Positions 21,048-30,718 of a DNA stretch of 64,000 bases are shown one piece after another. The stretch lies in the NCBI GenBank assembly GCA_938045545.1, contig CALIBN010000012.1, forward strand, positions 64,001-128,000, given 5' to 3'. The position numbers and the translations under genes were made by a program. The stretch comes from an uncultured archaeon (GTDB lineage: Archaea > Thermoproteota > EX4484-205 > JAAOZP01). Below the pieces are notes generated by a model that was not told the origin of the DNA, made no database searches, and was given only the letters and a program-made list of their open reading frames with translations. The number at the start of each line of letters is the position of its first letter. Position 1 is the first letter of the stretch.

Positions 21048-21629
21048 CTAATGCTTCTTCAGTGTTTGTATGTAGGCTCCATGCCAGTTATGATACCAGA
21101 CTTCTCCAGTATATCCGTTAACACTGAGCATGCCGAAGATCCTTCCGTCTTTAATAATGTGGATGGTGTAATATCCATAGAAGGTGTGTGGGTCCTCAGC
21201 AAGGGCTCCAGGGTAGACTCTGTCCAAGAATTTCTGTGCTATGGATACCGCGTACTCTTGGCTAACTGGCATTTCTCCTGAAGGCATACGCGTCCAACCA
21301 TGCATCATTCTTCCGTGACCGTATTTCGTGTTCCACATCATGTTAGGCCCGTATTCCTTGAAGATGCATCCCGTATTTTTGTCTATGAGCATTTCGAAGG
21401 CGCCGACGCCTGTGGTTTTTTCGTAGTAGATTATGTAGAAATTGCGTTCGAATTCCATGATCTCATCAATAGCAATGTTCGCATCGTTTAGGAATGCAAG
21501 GTATCTCTCAGCTATGAGGCTTGCGGCATCAATATTGTATGTGCCAGGGTTAGACAAGGCAAACGTCAACAATCCTGTTACGCCGACTAGGATTAAGACG
21601 AACCCTAGAGCCGAACTTCCCATGTTCAC
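21048..21629 (-). CDS. Exported PepSY-like protein with Met/Gly/His-rich segment
   Basis: Signal/TM helix, EYGPNMMWNTKYG, FYGYYT, GMLSVNGYTGEVWYHNWHG. Confidence 0.8.
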   Translation of the reverse strand: MNMGSSALGFVLILVGVTGLLTFALSNPGTYNIDAASLIAERYLAFLNDANIAIDEIMEFERNFYIIYYEKTTGVGAFEMLIDKNTGCIFKEYGPNMMWNTKYGHGRMMHGWTRMPSGEMPVSQEYAVSIAQKFLDRVYPGALAEDPHTFYGYYTIHIIKDGRIFGMLSVNGYTGEVWYHNWHGAYIQTLKKH

Positions 21630-21928
21630 TCCTCTATCCGCCTTCTCATTTCATCATACTGGTCTTTCGTGATTTCACCTCTAGCGTACCGTTCTTTAAG
21701 TATTTGGATCGCGCTTCTATCCCGATCTGCGGATTTGCCTGACACCGTCAGCCCGGCTACCAAATAGTATATCCCTATTCCGATAAGAATTAGAAACGCT
21801 ATCGGCACGAAGATCATATGGCTCCAGCCGAACCCCATCATGCCTCCGCACACCGGCGACCAAACTAGCAAGGGAAGTAAGACCGCTAGAGATGCGACGA
21901 GTATAAGAATCGAGGCCATTTCTCTCAT
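21626..21928 (-). CDS. SHOCT-domain membrane protein
   Basis: GGMMGFG, TM helix, AIQILKERYARGEITKDQY. Confidence 0.9.
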   Translation of the reverse strand: MREMASILILVASLAVLLPLLVWSPVCGGMMGFGWSHMIFVPIAFLILIGIGIYYLVAGLTVSGKSADRDRSAIQILKERYARGEITKDQYDEMRRRIEE

Positions 21929-22338
21929 TTCAATTTACCGTATAACTGGGTTATAACCTGTATTTAAATATTATACGAAAATTTCCGAATTAACATTAGA
22001 ACAATAAAGAAAAATAAACACCTGTACTAGAATCCCCATGATTATTTCCAAGGATTTCGAAGCCTTGACTGTGACATATACGTGGGGCCTTGGTCAGGTT
22101 GCCGTCACGGCAAAGCATGTGCTAAGGGTTGCTACTGTAGCCTCTATTATTTCAACCGTAGCTTAAGCCAGAAAATCGAAGCAAGCAAGAAGTAAATGCG
22201 ATGAAGCTGAAAAACTTAAAGATGCTCTTTCCCATAAGGCTCCTAAATTAGTTAGATTACCTATCCTATTTAAGTTTCACACGTGCCTTAGTCTGGTTTA
22301 AGAAAAACTTGACACAATGATTGCAAAAGAGCATATGG

Positions 22339-23136
22339 CTAAACAAGCATTAAGAATGCTTCTATGATCCATAATTGGATTGCTACTATCGCCCATACAG
22401 TAGTGTTCCACGCCAGAATTTTCCTACCATCTAAACTCCCTAATGGAATCATGTTAAAGGATGCAAGCCACAGGTTTACTTGAAAACCTATTTCGCCAAC
22501 CAGACCAGACAAGCCGCCCAACCCGCTTAAGAGAAAGAATGCAGCAGCCCAGACAACGTTAGATAAAGGACCAGCTAAAGAAATCAGCCCTATCCGCTTT
22601 TTTTCAGAAGCTTCAGTCCATTCAAAAGCATGGTAACGTGGCGCCACGTATGTTGCACCTGGAGCAGCGAAGATGAATGAGCCTAGTGTAAGCAGAGAGG
22701 ATAGTAAAGCCATCGCCAGCCCCCAGGGCCAGAGTCTGAATTCAGACCAGTAGCCGTATCTCTGGGCAGTAAACTTATGCGCCAGCTCGTGAAATATGAA
22801 TCCTGTTCCAACTACGCATAAGTAGATTGCAAACACTAGGAATAGAGTTGAACGCATGCTTAAAAAGTATCCGATAGAAAAGCATAGGCTTAGAACAACC
22901 CACGCGACCAACAGGTGTGTGATCTCAGTCTTACTGGTGATTCTTCCAATCCGAGGCTTACTCTTAGGCCGAGGCGGTGGGATCTCGCTATATACTGGTT
23001 TTTGAATTCTGGCTAAGTGCAGCATTCGACAGTTATGTGCTTCAGGAAGCCTATGGTGGGAGCAGAACGTGCCCTTACAGTAAGAGCAGACGAAGGGCAA
23101 TATTACTTCTGAACCACAGACCTCACATTTAGCCAT
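22339..23136 (-). CDS. AN1-type zinc finger fused to site-2 (M50) intramembrane protease
   Basis: CEVC..FVCSYCKGTFCSHHRLPEAHNC; HELAH; AGPLSN; NMIPLGSLDG. Confidence 0.9.
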   Translation of the reverse strand: MAKCEVCGSEVILPFVCSYCKGTFCSHHRLPEAHNCRMLHLARIQKPVYSEIPPPRPKSKPRIGRITSKTEITHLLVAWVVLSLCFSIGYFLSMRSTLFLVFAIYLCVVGTGFIFHELAHKFTAQRYGYWSEFRLWPWGLAMALLSSLLTLGSFIFAAPGATYVAPRYHAFEWTEASEKKRIGLISLAGPLSNVVWAAAFFLLSGLGGLSGLVGEIGFQVNLWLASFNMIPLGSLDGRKILAWNTTVWAIVAIQLWIIEAFLMLV

Positions 23137-23379
23137 TTGAATCTCCTCGTTTAAATGCTGAACATGGATTTATGCCGAGTAGTACTGGAGCATAACAAGC
23201 TAAGCAGCGGATTATTATTCTTGTTTTATTGTTCAAGTTTCATTAGTCACGTAAAAACGGTGAAGTATAAAGTTTACTTTAGCGCACGCACTGAGAGAAA
23301 ATTTTAAAACTTATAACGGTTATGGTTGGAACAGGAATTTGGGTAAGAAAAATGAATTGGCTTATCACAGCAGCTTCAA

Positions 23380-26325
23380 CTATCCTTTAACCACGCCTAG
23401 TGGCACTAGCCTAGCAACCTTAAGTGAAATCCCCGCTCTATCTGTGACCTCCACAACCTCGTCAGGATCCTTATACGCACCCGGTGCTTCTTCGGCAACA
23501 AGGTTCATGTCTGCAACCCTAAGGTAGACACCCCTTTCCTCAAGCATCCCCCTTATCTGCCTGCTCGTAAACCTCCGCATCGCCTCATGCCTGCTCAGCA
23601 TCCTTCCGGCACCATGCGCAGTCGAGCCGAAGCTTGCCTCCATCGCAGTCTCAGTCCCAACGAGAACCCAGCTTGCTGAGCCCATTGAACCGGGTATTAG
23701 AACCGGTTGGCCATACTCTCTATATTTTGAGGGGATATGACTGCTTCCGGGCGGGAAAGATCTAGTCGCGCCCTTCCTGTGGACGACAACCCTTTTCTTC
23801 TCCCCGTTAACCCTGTGGTCCTCAATCTTAGCGATGTTGTGTGCAACATCATACAGAATATTCAAGCCGAACTCGGAAGCATCCTTTTTGAAAACCTTCG
23901 CGAAGCTCTCCCTGACCCAGTGGGTGATAACCTGCCTGTTAAGGAAAGCATAGTTTACGGCGCAAGCCATAGCAGCAAAGTAGTCCCTGGCCTCGTGGCT
24001 CTCAACAGGAACGGCTGCTAGCTCCCTATCCGGCAACCAGATGTTATGCTTCCTGCTAGCCACCTCCATTGTTTTAAGATAATCTGAGCAAACCTGATGG
24101 CCGTATCCTCGACTTCCCGTATGTATTAATACCACGATCTGACCGGTTCTCTCGATTCCGAATCCTCTGGCCACTTCCCCGTCGATAATTCTCTCCACGT
24201 AATCTATTTCGAGAAAATGGTTTCCGCTTCCCAGGCTGCCCAACTGGGGAAGGCCACGCCTCTTAGCGGTGACGCTGACCCTGCTCGGGTCCGCTCCCCT
24301 TAGGCAGCCGTTCTCCTCGATGAATTCCGCGTCCTCCTTCCAGCCGTATCCCCGCTTAATAGCCCAATCGACGCCTTCTCTGACAGCACTATCCAGCTCG
24401 TCGAAGCTCATTCTAAGCTTGCCTTCAGAGCCAAGGCCTGAAGGTACATTATGGAATATCTCGTCGAGAAGCTCTCTCAGAACAGGCTTAACGTTGTCAA
24501 CATTCAGATTCGTCAGCAGGAGGCGTACGCCACAGTTTGAAACCACGAAGCCGTTGGCTATGAAATTATGAACGTCTTCTTTAACAGTAAAATCGTAAAC
24601 ATCTTCGTTGAACAGTAGTTCCTCCTTCTTAACAACCCTATCCCAGACGACGCCTGTTTTGCCGAGACCCTTCGTCACTGACTCTAGAAAATCCTCGAAG
24701 GAGGGGAGGTTTAACGGTGCTCTCGGAAGACTTTTCCTGCCCTCATATAGAGATCTTTCAATAAACCTTCTGTTCACGTATTCAGACTCCAGAGCTTCAT
24801 ATATAGTTACATTAGACGAGCCTCCGTTCTTCATAGCGATAGCTACCTGCTGTACGTTTTCTCTAGCTTTTATCACGCGCATCTTCAGCTTCAAGTAGTG
24901 GATGGCGACGTTTGCAAGATGCTTCTTCTCCCTGTTATACTCAAACCCTACTTTACTCCATAGTTTGACCAAATTTTTCGGAGAACCGGATATTATTAGG
25001 CGGAGCCTGGTTGAAACACCTTGTTTCCCTTTAACCGCTTCAGGCTCCATGGTTATTTTCTTAACTTTAACTCCGAATTCTCTTAAAAGGAGGGCGATTT
25101 GCTTAAGGAGCTTTACGCCGGCTTCCTCACGACCCTTTTTCTTGTTAAGGCACAGGACAGGCATATAGAAGTTAAATGGATTTGCTGTGACTGTTTTTGG
25201 CTTAGAAAGCTCTGCTCCGAAGAACGCGGCGAGGAAAAGCCTCTTCTGCCAGAGAGGAAGCCGGAATAGCCATTCAGGCAACGCATAGTTCTGCGAGGTC
25301 TTGTTTCCCAAGGGAACACCCATTGCAGCCATAAGCGAGATAAGGCTCCTTGAACAAACCTTAATGCTGTGCTCAATCGTTGTAAAATCATACTTGCCGT
25401 ATTTAGTTTCAACCCTGTGTCTTCTAGCTCTTGAATAGATTTTAGAAGGTTTGAAGCCTACGCGTAAAATATCACTCCCTATATCCTCTAAGTCCTCAGG
25501 CCCGGCGAAGAACCAAGCTGCATGACTCTTCTCGGTATACAGGAGCACGCCGTCACCGAGTATAAAGCCCATTAGCTTAAGCAGATATGGAAACTTACTG
25601 TTGTCGCTCCTCAATGGGAGAAGCCCTCTTTTCCTAAGTTCAGAGATCACTAGCTCTTTTCGGCCGGGAACCTTAAGACGCTTTATATCTTCCTCAGACA
25701 CTATAGTTATGGGCTCAGCACTTTCATACAATACTCCTTCAAAAGGGTAGACAGCCACATCCTCACATCCTATCTCGCTCAACGGCACCATCCCCCGACG
25801 TGTGAGGAAAGGATGGTCCTCCGTAGCTATTATCTCCCTGCCCGATTCTGTTTCAACCCTGAAAACCCTCCGGTTTGGACGAATCTTAATGAAACGCATT
25901 ATCTCAGTAGGTTTGACACCCTTCTCAAGACTAACGCACGTAACCCGTTCACTGTTCCAACTCTTTAAGAACCCCTTAATGGGAAGCCTATAGCCATGTT
26001 CGTGAAGAATCAGGCTGTCCCCGGATAGGCAGTTAATGTCGTAACCCACTCCACCGGGCGACACAACTCCATCTTTAACGTCGAAAGCACCGACTCCTCC
26101 TATTGGGAAACCGTATCCTTCGTGTCCGTCGGGGAGAATGATTGAACTCTTATATATTCCTGGAAGCGTTGCCACGTTTAAACCTTGTTCAACAGTCTTA
26201 TCCTGGGTCATTTTCTGCAAGAGTGTTTCGTTCGCGAAAATTTTAAGCGGCACCCGCATCCCCTTTTTAGCTCCCACATCTACTCGATACTCTACGTCTG
26301 AAACCTTTTCAAACCTGTAGCTCAT
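23380..26325 (-). CDS. rtcB: tRNA-splicing ligase RtcB precursor with intein
   Basis: PDGHEGYGFPIGG, GYDIN|CGVR, GSGNHF, HTGSRG, HRKGATR, HGAGR, EEAPGAYKD; 482 aa after intein removal. Confidence 0.97.
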   Translation of the reverse strand: MSYRFEKVSDVEYRVDVGAKKGMRVPLKIFANETLLQKMTQDKTVEQGLNVATLPGIYKSSIILPDGHEGYGFPIGGVGAFDVKDGVVSPGGVGYDINCLSGDSLILHEHGYRLPIKGFLKSWNSERVTCVSLEKGVKPTEIMRFIKIRPNRRVFRVETESGREIIATEDHPFLTRRGMVPLSEIGCEDVAVYPFEGVLYESAEPITIVSEEDIKRLKVPGRKELVISELRKRGLLPLRSDNSKFPYLLKLMGFILGDGVLLYTEKSHAAWFFAGPEDLEDIGSDILRVGFKPSKIYSRARRHRVETKYGKYDFTTIEHSIKVCSRSLISLMAAMGVPLGNKTSQNYALPEWLFRLPLWQKRLFLAAFFGAELSKPKTVTANPFNFYMPVLCLNKKKGREEAGVKLLKQIALLLREFGVKVKKITMEPEAVKGKQGVSTRLRLIISGSPKNLVKLWSKVGFEYNREKKHLANVAIHYLKLKMRVIKARENVQQVAIAMKNGGSSNVTIYEALESEYVNRRFIERSLYEGRKSLPRAPLNLPSFEDFLESVTKGLGKTGVVWDRVVKKEELLFNEDVYDFTVKEDVHNFIANGFVVSNCGVRLLLTNLNVDNVKPVLRELLDEIFHNVPSGLGSEGKLRMSFDELDSAVREGVDWAIKRGYGWKEDAEFIEENGCLRGADPSRVSVTAKRRGLPQLGSLGSGNHFLEIDYVERIIDGEVARGFGIERTGQIVVLIHTGSRGYGHQVCSDYLKTMEVASRKHNIWLPDRELAAVPVESHEARDYFAAMACAVNYAFLNRQVITHWVRESFAKVFKKDASEFGLNILYDVAHNIAKIEDHRVNGEKKRVVVHRKGATRSFPPGSSHIPSKYREYGQPVLIPGSMGSASWVLVGTETAMEASFGSTAHGAGRMLSRHEAMRRFTSRQIRGMLEERGVYLRVADMNLVAEEAPGAYKDPDEVVEVTDRAGISLKVARLVPLGVVKG
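24535..26031 (-). mobile_element. 499-aa intein with LAGLIDADG homing endonuclease in RtcB
   Basis: Block A CLSGDS, block B ATEDHPF, GFILGDG, block F VYDFTV, terminus FVVSN followed by extein Cys. Confidence 0.95.
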
Positions 26326-26330
26326 TTCTC

Positions 26331-26372
26331 GGGATCACCCTTTAGGGTTTCCAGATTTCCCCGGGTGACCCC
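26331..26372 (-). promoter_or_regulatory. rtcB 5' leader stem hiding the SD site, with BHB/BHL-like motif
   Basis: GGGGUCACCC-GGGG-AAA-UCUGGAAA-CCCU-AAA-GGGUGAUCCC ends 5 nt before the AUG; TATA-like TTTAATAA at 26424-26417. Confidence 0.6.
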
Positions 26373-26741
26373 CAGGGACTCAACCTTAAAACTATGGTCT
26401 TCTTCTGCTTCTGGGATTATTAAAGTTTTCTACCAAGTCTTGCTGTAGGCTTCCTTGGCCTTTGGAATTCTTAATCTTTAGGTTGAGTTGTGAAAGATAG
26501 AAGTGCAGGAGAGTAGGAAACACCGGTCGTTGGGGCAAGATATATTTTAAGCCTTTTGGCATTTCTAGATTGCGAGCAGTTCAAACGAAATAAAAGGGTG
26601 ATTAAGTTTGAAAGACTTCAACTTTAATAGTAGCCTAGGTGTTTCGTAACCGTAAGCATGCTGAAAATGCGATGCGAAGCACCAGCCAAAAAATCCTTGC
26701 CAATTTCATCAATGCAGCCTAACAAAAACACGAAAGAAAAA

Positions 26742-28558
26742 ATGTGGGTATACTACTTAATTCTTGTGGTTCTCATAGCCGCTTTACTTCTAATCCTCCG
26801 GCAGCTTTATATAGAACAACTACTCTATCTAAAAGAAACTCTGAAAGAACCTATGGAGCCTGCGAAACTCTCTTTCGCTGAAGTTCAATTATCTAACTAG
26901 AATCCTAGGGTTTATGAGCTTGTAGAGGTGAACATCAGACTCGATGGCAACATAAGCGATCCGTTTGATGAAAACGAGGTGAGTATAAAATCTGAGGTAG
27001 TTCTTCCAGATGGTAGGAAATGGAATATTCAAGCCTTCTTTTACCAAGATTATGAGAGAAGCCTCGCGAACGATATGGAGGTCTTGGTTCCCTCAGGAAA
27101 GCCATATTGGAAGTTGAGGTTTACACCCATATTAGAGGGGGAGTATTCTGTGAATTTATACGTCTATTCTAGAGGTAGACCTATGGATTCATATGAACTA
27201 TCTTTAGGCGCGAGTGGTTATTCGCATGACGCGGGTTTTGTAAGGTTAAAAGATAATTACCTAGTTTGTGATAACGGATCCGACCTTTTTCTAATCGGTC
27301 AGAATGTTTGTTAGTATGGCCCATCTAAGAAAACATACGATTATGACATTTGGTTGGAAAAATGGCGGAGAATGGTATGAATTACGCAAGAATATGGATG
27401 GCCCCTTGGGCGTTTGCAGTAGAGTGGAATAATAAGGCAGGCAAGTATGATTTGAAAGAGGCATGGAGACTAGACTATATCCTAAGGCTTGCGGAGGAGA
27501 AGGGAATATACTTGATGCTGTGCCTAGTCAACCATGGGCAACTTAGGGAAAGCGATAACTGGAGTGGGAATCCTTATAATAAGGCTAGGGTAGGACCATT
27601 ATCCTCGCCTGAGAAATTCTTCATGGATTCTACTGCAAAGGACCTTTTCAAGAAAAGGCTTAGATACTTAGTCTCAAGATATGCTTACAGCACCCATCTG
27701 TTAGCCTGGGAGTTTTTCAACGAAGTCGAGTTAACAGACAACTATAACCCTTCCAACGTGGCGAACTGGCATAAAGAGATGGCGGACTACTTGAGAAGCA
27801 TCGACCCATATAAACATTTAATCACTACAAGTTTCGGGGGACCAAGGGAAGGAGATCTAATTCGGAGAACATTCGGTTTAGATTCCACGCAGACGCACAT
27901 GTATGGTCCAGACGTTAAGGATCTTGCAGGAGTGATTTCACGCGAAATAAAAAGGAAGCTATCAACATATGGAAAGCCAACCCTATTCGGAGAATTTGGC
28001 GCCGACTGGAGATGGTTCGACTCCCCATTATATTATAAGGATAAGGAAGGTGTCGAGGTCCATGAGGGTATATGGGCCTCTCTTATGAGCGGATCCTTTG
28101 GAACAGCGATGTTATGGTGGTGGGATGTTTACGTCGACCCATATAACCTATACTATCATTACAATGCTTTGAGAAAATTCGTGGCAAAACATTAGCTTCA
28201 GCAGATCCGGATTTACTGAGCTCAAGTATAGGCTGGTTGACAATAAGAAGATTAATGCGTCGAACATTAATTTCGAGATTTTTGGTCTTAGAAACGAAAC
28301 GTTCGCAATGGGTTGGGTGAGAAACAAAGATTACAACTGGTTTAATGCTATCAGCAACGTTACTCTTAAGCTAGTTGGAGGAATGATGTAGAGTTCGTAG
28401 AATTTAACCCGGGAAGCTACTTATTGGAGGTATGGAATACGTATACTGGGGAAAGAACGGGACTTAGCAAAATAGAATCCGCTAACGGTAAGCTTGTGGT
28501 GGAGATTCCTTCTTTTCTTAAAGACATATCCTTTAAAGTAATCATGGTTGAAAAATAA
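26742..28558 (+). pseudogene. Secreted DUF5060 plus GH5-like glycoside hydrolase pseudogene
   Basis: DPFD, WKLRFTP, WEFFNE, TLFGEFG; in-frame TAGs at 26898 and 27312 and frameshifts near 27360, 28190 and 28385. Confidence 0.85.
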
Positions 28559-28610
28559 GGTGGCCTCTTCATAAGCTTTATAATACTGCTGGAGGTTTCA
28601 TACGCAGAGT

Positions 28611-29093
28611 ATGAAACAGCTTGTCGTCTATTATTCGAGGACAGGGACCACGAGGAGGGTTGCACAGGCCATCGCGGAGGTTTTAAAATGCGATGCTGAG
28701 GAAATACGGGATTTGAAGAATAGGGCTGGTGTCTTTGGCTGGCTGAGTTCAGGCATGGATGCGACCATGAAGAGGCTAACCAAGATAGCGAAGCCTGAGA
28801 AGCCCCCTGAGCTTTACGAATTAATAATAATCGGCACTCCCGTATGGAACAGTACTATGTCAACACCTATCAGAACGTACATAGTGGAATACAGGGATCG
28901 GTTTAAACAAGTCGCGTTCTTCTGCACCCAATACGGTTCCAAGAGCGATGCGTTAAAAGAAATGGAAGCCCTTTGCGGCAGAAAACCGGTTGCAACGCTT
29001 ATGCTGAGGAGAAGACGAGTAGAAACTGGAGAGTATGCTGACTTGGTTAAGCAATTCTGCACCTATATAACTCGGCGACCAGTGATCTCTTGA
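28611..29093 (+). CDS. Flavodoxin-like protein
   Basis: VYYSRTGTT, IGTPVW, VAFFCT. Confidence 0.9.
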   Translation: MKQLVVYYSRTGTTRRVAQAIAEVLKCDAEEIRDLKNRAGVFGWLSSGMDATMKRLTKIAKPEKPPELYELIIIGTPVWNSTMSTPIRTYIVEYRDRFKQVAFFCTQYGSKSDALKEMEALCGRKPVATLMLRRRRVETGEYADLVKQFCTYITRRPVIS

Positions 29094-29371
29094 TAAAAGT
29101 TTTGCTGAAATCGCTCTCTTAAGAAAAAATTGGGAAGGCTAGCAATTAGGGTACTACTGACAAGTATGACCTAGACGCCCCGAGTTCCAACACCATTTTT
29201 CCGAAACTTCTGTCTCTATCTTATCCCCAGTCATTTTCTGCAGCAGTATTTTCGTTTACGAATATTCAGAAAACACGGCATACTGAGAGATCCTATAAAT
29301 TGCTCTGAAAACCTAGTTTTTCAAAATTTCTTTCCCAAAACCAATTTAAAGCCAGGAGAAGAGTGATAACG

Positions 29372-29691
29372 GTGATACTATTAGAAGAAGTTAACAGTAA
29401 AATTGAAGAAGCAATCGTACACGCATTGGCTCATAAGGCTAGGCGTAACCCTCTGAGGATTGTTCGCTCTAGTGAAGGCGGTGATTCTACATCGAGTTGC
29501 TTAACGAGCCTGGATTACTTGAGAGGAAAATAAACTATCGCCTTAGACAGCTTAAAGGATTGGTTGAGAAGACTGACGAGAAGAAATACGTTTTAACGCC
29601 CCTTGGAGAGAGCAATAAATCTTTTCAATTGTACGAGAGGACGGCGTCTACGAGCCTTATGTCAAAATCCGGAGTTTACTCAAAGAAGTAA
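29372..29691 (+). pseudogene. ArsR-like winged-helix regulator remnant
   Basis: ALAHKARR..INYRLRQLKGLVEK..YVLTPLG split by frameshifts. Confidence 0.6.
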
Positions 29692-29895
29692 TATTCACCC
29701 GTTGTGTGCCGGTTCCTTTATATGAGTGTCGTAAGTATTCCGGTAGTGTACGCCGAAAGAGGTTTCTACAAAACCTCTTTGCGCACGCACTTTGTTTTCC
29801 AGCGTGGAGCCTGAAAAAGAGCCTCTAATACTTGAAGAAGCAGCATAAATTAAATACAAGCGAGGCCCATATCTATTTTGGTTTAAAAACCGCTT

Positions 29896-30587
29896 TTAGC
29901 CCAAATTAAACATAACCTTGTTACCTGCAGCTCTCATCCTTAGGAATAGGACAACCAGCTCTTTAACATCCCCCTCGTCTAAGAGCGCGATCTCCCTTAG
30001 CGAATGCTTTTCCTCCAAGCTTCTGATGAACTCATTGCCAAGGAAATATCCTGTCTGCTTTATTCCCTTCCCAAGATCCGAAGAAATCTCTCATCTGAGA
30101 CTTAGATTCCGGTTTTTCAACTCCCTCGCCAAACCGCTTCTATGCGCTTTATACCAGTTACTCAGTCATCATCCTGAGCCTGATGCCAACTCTTCCTTCC
30201 TAATGAAACATGTTCACATTTTTTGGCAAAGCCTTCAATTTATGGTAGGACCAGGGATCCCGCTCCATTTCCTTAAAACGCTCCCACTCGTTCCTCCATG
30301 CCATATGAGCGAGGTGCTCGATTTCGTGAACCATAAGGCCTTGAAGCCTATTCATCATCAGTATGTTCTCTGAAAGCCTTGAGAAAACCTTCTCTCTTGC
30401 AATTGTCCTCCAGTCTAAGCCTTCACCCTCATAGTTCTCCAATTGTTTCCTCAGCAACTCAGGGTACTTCTCCATGTACGATGCCTGCCAGAGATGGATT
30501 TGATGCTCCATGTCCATTGAGGAGGCAGTATACCAGTAAGTTAAGGAAGTTTTCATACGTGTCAATCATTTTAACCCTTAGGCTCAT
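29896..30587 (-). pseudogene. Decayed hypothetical gene (putative metalloprotease-like)
   Basis: Fragments YPELLRKQ, HEIEHLAH and GYFLGNEFI lie in different frames. Confidence 0.55.
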
Positions 30588-30718
30588 CTCATCGTTACCA
30601 GTTAAACGTGGGCCTTCTTATCTTTATTGATCTTTTTAAAAAGCACATGCAAGAAGGCTGTGTTCCCACAGAATTTTTCAAGCTTAATGAAATTGGGAAA
30701 CAGGTGGCAGGGTAACCA

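Noticed and set aside
26898-27314. In-frame TAG codons suggesting pyrrolysine or stop recoding
   Set aside because: The same gene also has several frameshifts, one TAG sits where Trp (TGG) is expected, and TAG is a normal stop for other genes here.
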